From an uncultured Candidatus Saccharibacteria bacterium (lineage in GTDB: Bacteria > Patescibacteriota > UBA1384 > DTJR01), in NCBI GenBank assembly GCA_964487045.1, contig CAZAOT010000003.1:136983-200982 (forward strand): a DNA stretch of 64,000 nt, written 5' to 3'. The notes below the pieces were generated by a model. That model was not told the origin of the DNA, ran no database searches, and worked only from the letters and a program-made list of their open reading frames with translations. The translations under genes were made by a program, and so were the position numbers. Below, one piece after another: positions 61,688 through 64,000 of the stretch (the first letter of the stretch is position 1; each line of letters opens with the position of its first letter).

Positions 61688-61720
61688 GGGGCCCTGTCAG
61701 ACGACAGGGTCCCGTTTTCT
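61688..61720 (+). terminator. Intrinsic terminator
   Basis: GGGGCCCTGTC-AGAC-GACAGGGTCCC then TTTTCTTT. Confidence 0.7.
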
Positions 61721-61760
61721 TTATCTTGAGAATTCAGGCCTAAAGGATTAGAATAGTCAC

Positions 61761-62246
61761 ATGGAAAATTTTTTAGATTTAGTTAAGAAAAGGCATTCGG
61801 TTAGAGTTTTTGACGCAAAACAAATTCCTCAAGATGATATCAAATATATTCTTGAGGCGGCTCAGTTTGCGCCAAGTGCATTTAACGCGCAGAATTTTAA
61901 GTTTATCGTTACTACTGATCGCGGAAAAATTAAAAAAATTGCCGAAGCGACAGAGATGGTCTTTATCGCTAATGCTCCGGCGGTAGTAATTGCGATCGGC
62001 ACTGACGAGGACAATAAATATAATATTGTTGATGTTTCGATTGCGCTTGACCACCTACAGCTTGCGGCAGCAGAGAAAGAAATTGGGTCATGTTGGATCG
62101 GTACGCTTGGGCATTGGCATGTCGAAGAGGCGCTGAATATTTCAGAATTTGAAAAAGTTTATGCTGTCATGCCACTTGGCTACGACGCTGGAAAATTGAT
62201 GCCTAAGAAGCGCAAAGAATTCGACGAACTTTTTGTTATTGAATAA
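61761..62246 (+). CDS. Nitroreductase family protein
   Basis: RHSVRVF, APSAFNAQ, GSCWIG, LGY. Confidence 0.92.
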   Translation: MENFLDLVKKRHSVRVFDAKQIPQDDIKYILEAAQFAPSAFNAQNFKFIVTTDRGKIKKIAEATEMVFIANAPAVVIAIGTDEDNKYNIVDVSIALDHLQLAAAEKEIGSCWIGTLGHWHVEEALNISEFEKVYAVMPLGYDAGKLMPKKRKEFDELFVIE

Positions 62247-62263
62247 AATTCCAAGGAGGGGCA

Positions 62264-62710
62264 ATGGCTTGTGAATGTGGGGTAAATCAAGTGAATGCTA
62301 AAGTGGGTAGAGTCAATGCACTCTGGACTTTGGCCTTAGCGCTCGCAATTTGGTACACGCCTTACTGGTGGTTGTGCTTCGTGCTTTTGGCTGACTTTTT
62401 TATCAAAGGAGCTTTTCATCCAAAATACTCGCCGTTTAGTCGGCTTTGGGGGTATCTACTTAATCTGATTCATGAAAAACCAAGATTAATTTTCGCTCCG
62501 CCAAAATTATTTGCTAACAAAGTCGGCCTAGCATTTTCGATTGCGATTACGGTCAGTCTAGTCGGAGGATATTATACGGCTGCGGAAATATTTACAATAA
62601 TCCTCGGAATTTTCGCATTTCTAGAATTTGCTTTTGAGTTTTGCATGGGATGCTGGGTGTATAATTTGTACTATCAAATTGTAGGTTCTCCGAAAATAAA
62701 AAAAGACTAA
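62264..62710 (+). CDS. DUF4395-like membrane protein
   Basis: PKLFA..VG, LE....FCMGCWVY motif. Confidence 0.75.
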   Translation: MACECGVNQVNAKVGRVNALWTLALALAIWYTPYWWLCFVLLADFFIKGAFHPKYSPFSRLWGYLLNLIHEKPRLIFAPPKLFANKVGLAFSIAITVSLVGGYYTAAEIFTIILGIFAFLEFAFEFCMGCWVYNLYYQIVGSPKIKKD

Positions 62711-62719
62711 GCAATTACA

Positions 62720-62845
62720 AATTTTTCAGCGAAGTATAATTCGTTCGTCATTTATGTTTCTCAGACACACTAGCTCCGTTCGGCAATGGTCTTCAAAACA
62801 TAGAATGGCTCACTTGTGAATATGTACGTGAAGTCTCGAAAAATT
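62720..62845 (+). ncRNA. Rod-like structured RNA candidate (6S-like shape)
   Basis: Five nested stems with internal bubbles in an intergenic region. Confidence 0.4.
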
Positions 62846-62949
62846 ACTCAGTAAGCAATTTTATTGTACAAATTATAATTTTAAAAAAAGGGGGGAAGAG
62901 GAAAGGCCCCGAGTCGGTTGACGCGGGGCCTTGTTGTAGCGGGGGAGGT

Positions 62950-64000
62950 CTAGGCGGCGGGATCTACGAGGATCGGAGTCATCAACCGGGTGTTCATGTT
63001 GACGATTCCTGATAGAATTTCCAGCCTATCCAGCATCTCTTGCGGGAAGTGCTGCTTGATGAGGGTGTAGCTGAACTCCCTTAGCTGCCAGGTCTTCTCG
63101 ATGGCTAGCTGCTTTTCATATCCAGCTTCGTCCCAATACACCGCAGAGGTATGCAGAACCATCCCGCCATACTCGGCGATCTCGCCGGACTTCCAGTTCT
63201 TCCACACGATGTCGGCGGCAGTCAGGATCTGGGAAGCCAGGTCCAGGTCGAATGGTCCCACGATCATGGCGGTATTGAGGCGCTCGAGCCAATCGAGCCC
63301 CTGTCCGATGGCGATGATGTACTCTCCGTGCCTGTTGTCGGTGATCTCGCGACGTGTCTCCTCGATGTAACGGATGTGTTCGAGATTACCAGTGAGCATT
63401 GGGAGTATATCGCGAGCGACCCGGTCAGTCATGTCCGGGTGGAAGAGTCGCAGAGTGTGGATCAGCTCGGCGGGTTCGACAGAGGTTACTTCGCCAAGGT
63501 CCAGGATCTGGTCTTCGCGCTTGCCGTGAATGATCAGGCGGTCGGTGTTGGTTTCGATACCTGTCATGACCGGCAGGAGCACCTGACTACCGAAAGTCCG
63601 CTCGATCTGCTGTTCAAGGTCACGAATGTGATCGCGAGCGGCTTCGACGTTGTAACCGAACCCGCGACAGCCGTGCCACTCTCCGTCGTGGATCTCGTCC
63701 TCAGGTGGTGGTGGATCGGTCTCAGAGTAGTGGTATGTCAGGAGAGCCAGACAGTCAAAACCATCATCGAAGTAGTTACGCCTGACCCAGTCGCCGACCA
63801 CCTTGTGAAGATATGGCCACCCGAGGTTGAACCTCCCGCCGATGTTGCGAAACGGCTGAAAGTATCCCTTGGGTAGGCGGGTGAAGTCATGCATCCGGAT
63901 GCGTCCATCGCTACACTTGAACGCACAGGTCCGAGTTGGGTGATGCTTGCGATAGCGACGGCGAGGGCCCGATTCGTTGGGAGAACAGAAGAGAGCGGAT
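62950..64000 (-). CDS. CsoSCA-like (carboxysome-type beta) carbonic anhydrase homologue, 5' end outside the window
   Basis: Open frame to the window edge gives KCSDGR, FRNIGG, YHYS...HGCRGFGY, GIETNTD. Confidence 0.7.
   Translation of the reverse strand, partial: SALFCSPNESGPRRRYRKHHPTRTCAFKCSDGRIRMHDFTRLPKGYFQPFRNIGGRFNLGWPYLHKVVGDWVRRNYFDDGFDCLALLTYHYSETDPPPPEDEIHDGEWHGCRGFGYNVEAARDHIRDLEQQIERTFGSQVLLPVMTGIETNTDRLIIHGKREDQILDLGEVTSVEPAELIHTLRLFHPDMTDRVARDILPMLTGNLEHIRYIEETRREITDNRHGEYIIAIGQGLDWLERLNTAMIVGPFDLDLASQILTAADIVWKNWKSGEIAEYGGMVLHTSAVYWDEAGYEKQLAIEKTWQLREFSYTLIKQHFPQEMLDRLEILSGIVNMNTRLMTPILVDPAA

Overview
AT-rich, gene-dense bacterial chromosomal window (genetic code 11). Gene content and shortened translation factors (147-aa EF-Ts, 300-aa RF1) suggest a CPR/Patescibacteria genome (inference). 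The housekeeping backbone comprises the F-type ATP synthase operon, iscS/iscU, folD, ctpA, lemA/htpX, ligA, gatCAB, htrA, prmC/prfA/rpmE, rpsB-tsf-pyrH-frr-rseP-tpiA-pgk-fba-tig and clpP. The notable elements are: (1) one structured two-stem RNA leader, with compensatory base changes, repeated directly in front of tsf, frr and tig; (2) a ~330-400 nt GC-rich, multibranched ncRNA candidate with its own promoter and terminator between htpX and ligA; (3) a serine-recombinase element at tRNA-Leu(TAG) with three interlocked inverted-repeat pairs, an internal attP-like junction and a switchable integrase C-terminus; (4) an array of five ~560-aa Cys-rich zinc-ribbon paralogues; (5) an orphan Phd-like CxxC protein leading iscS-iscU; (6) a frameshifted ECF sigma factor with a second sigma-4-like module; (7) a CsoSCA-like carbonic anhydrase; and further small structured RNAs. 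All calls come from reading the sequence; no database searches were run.
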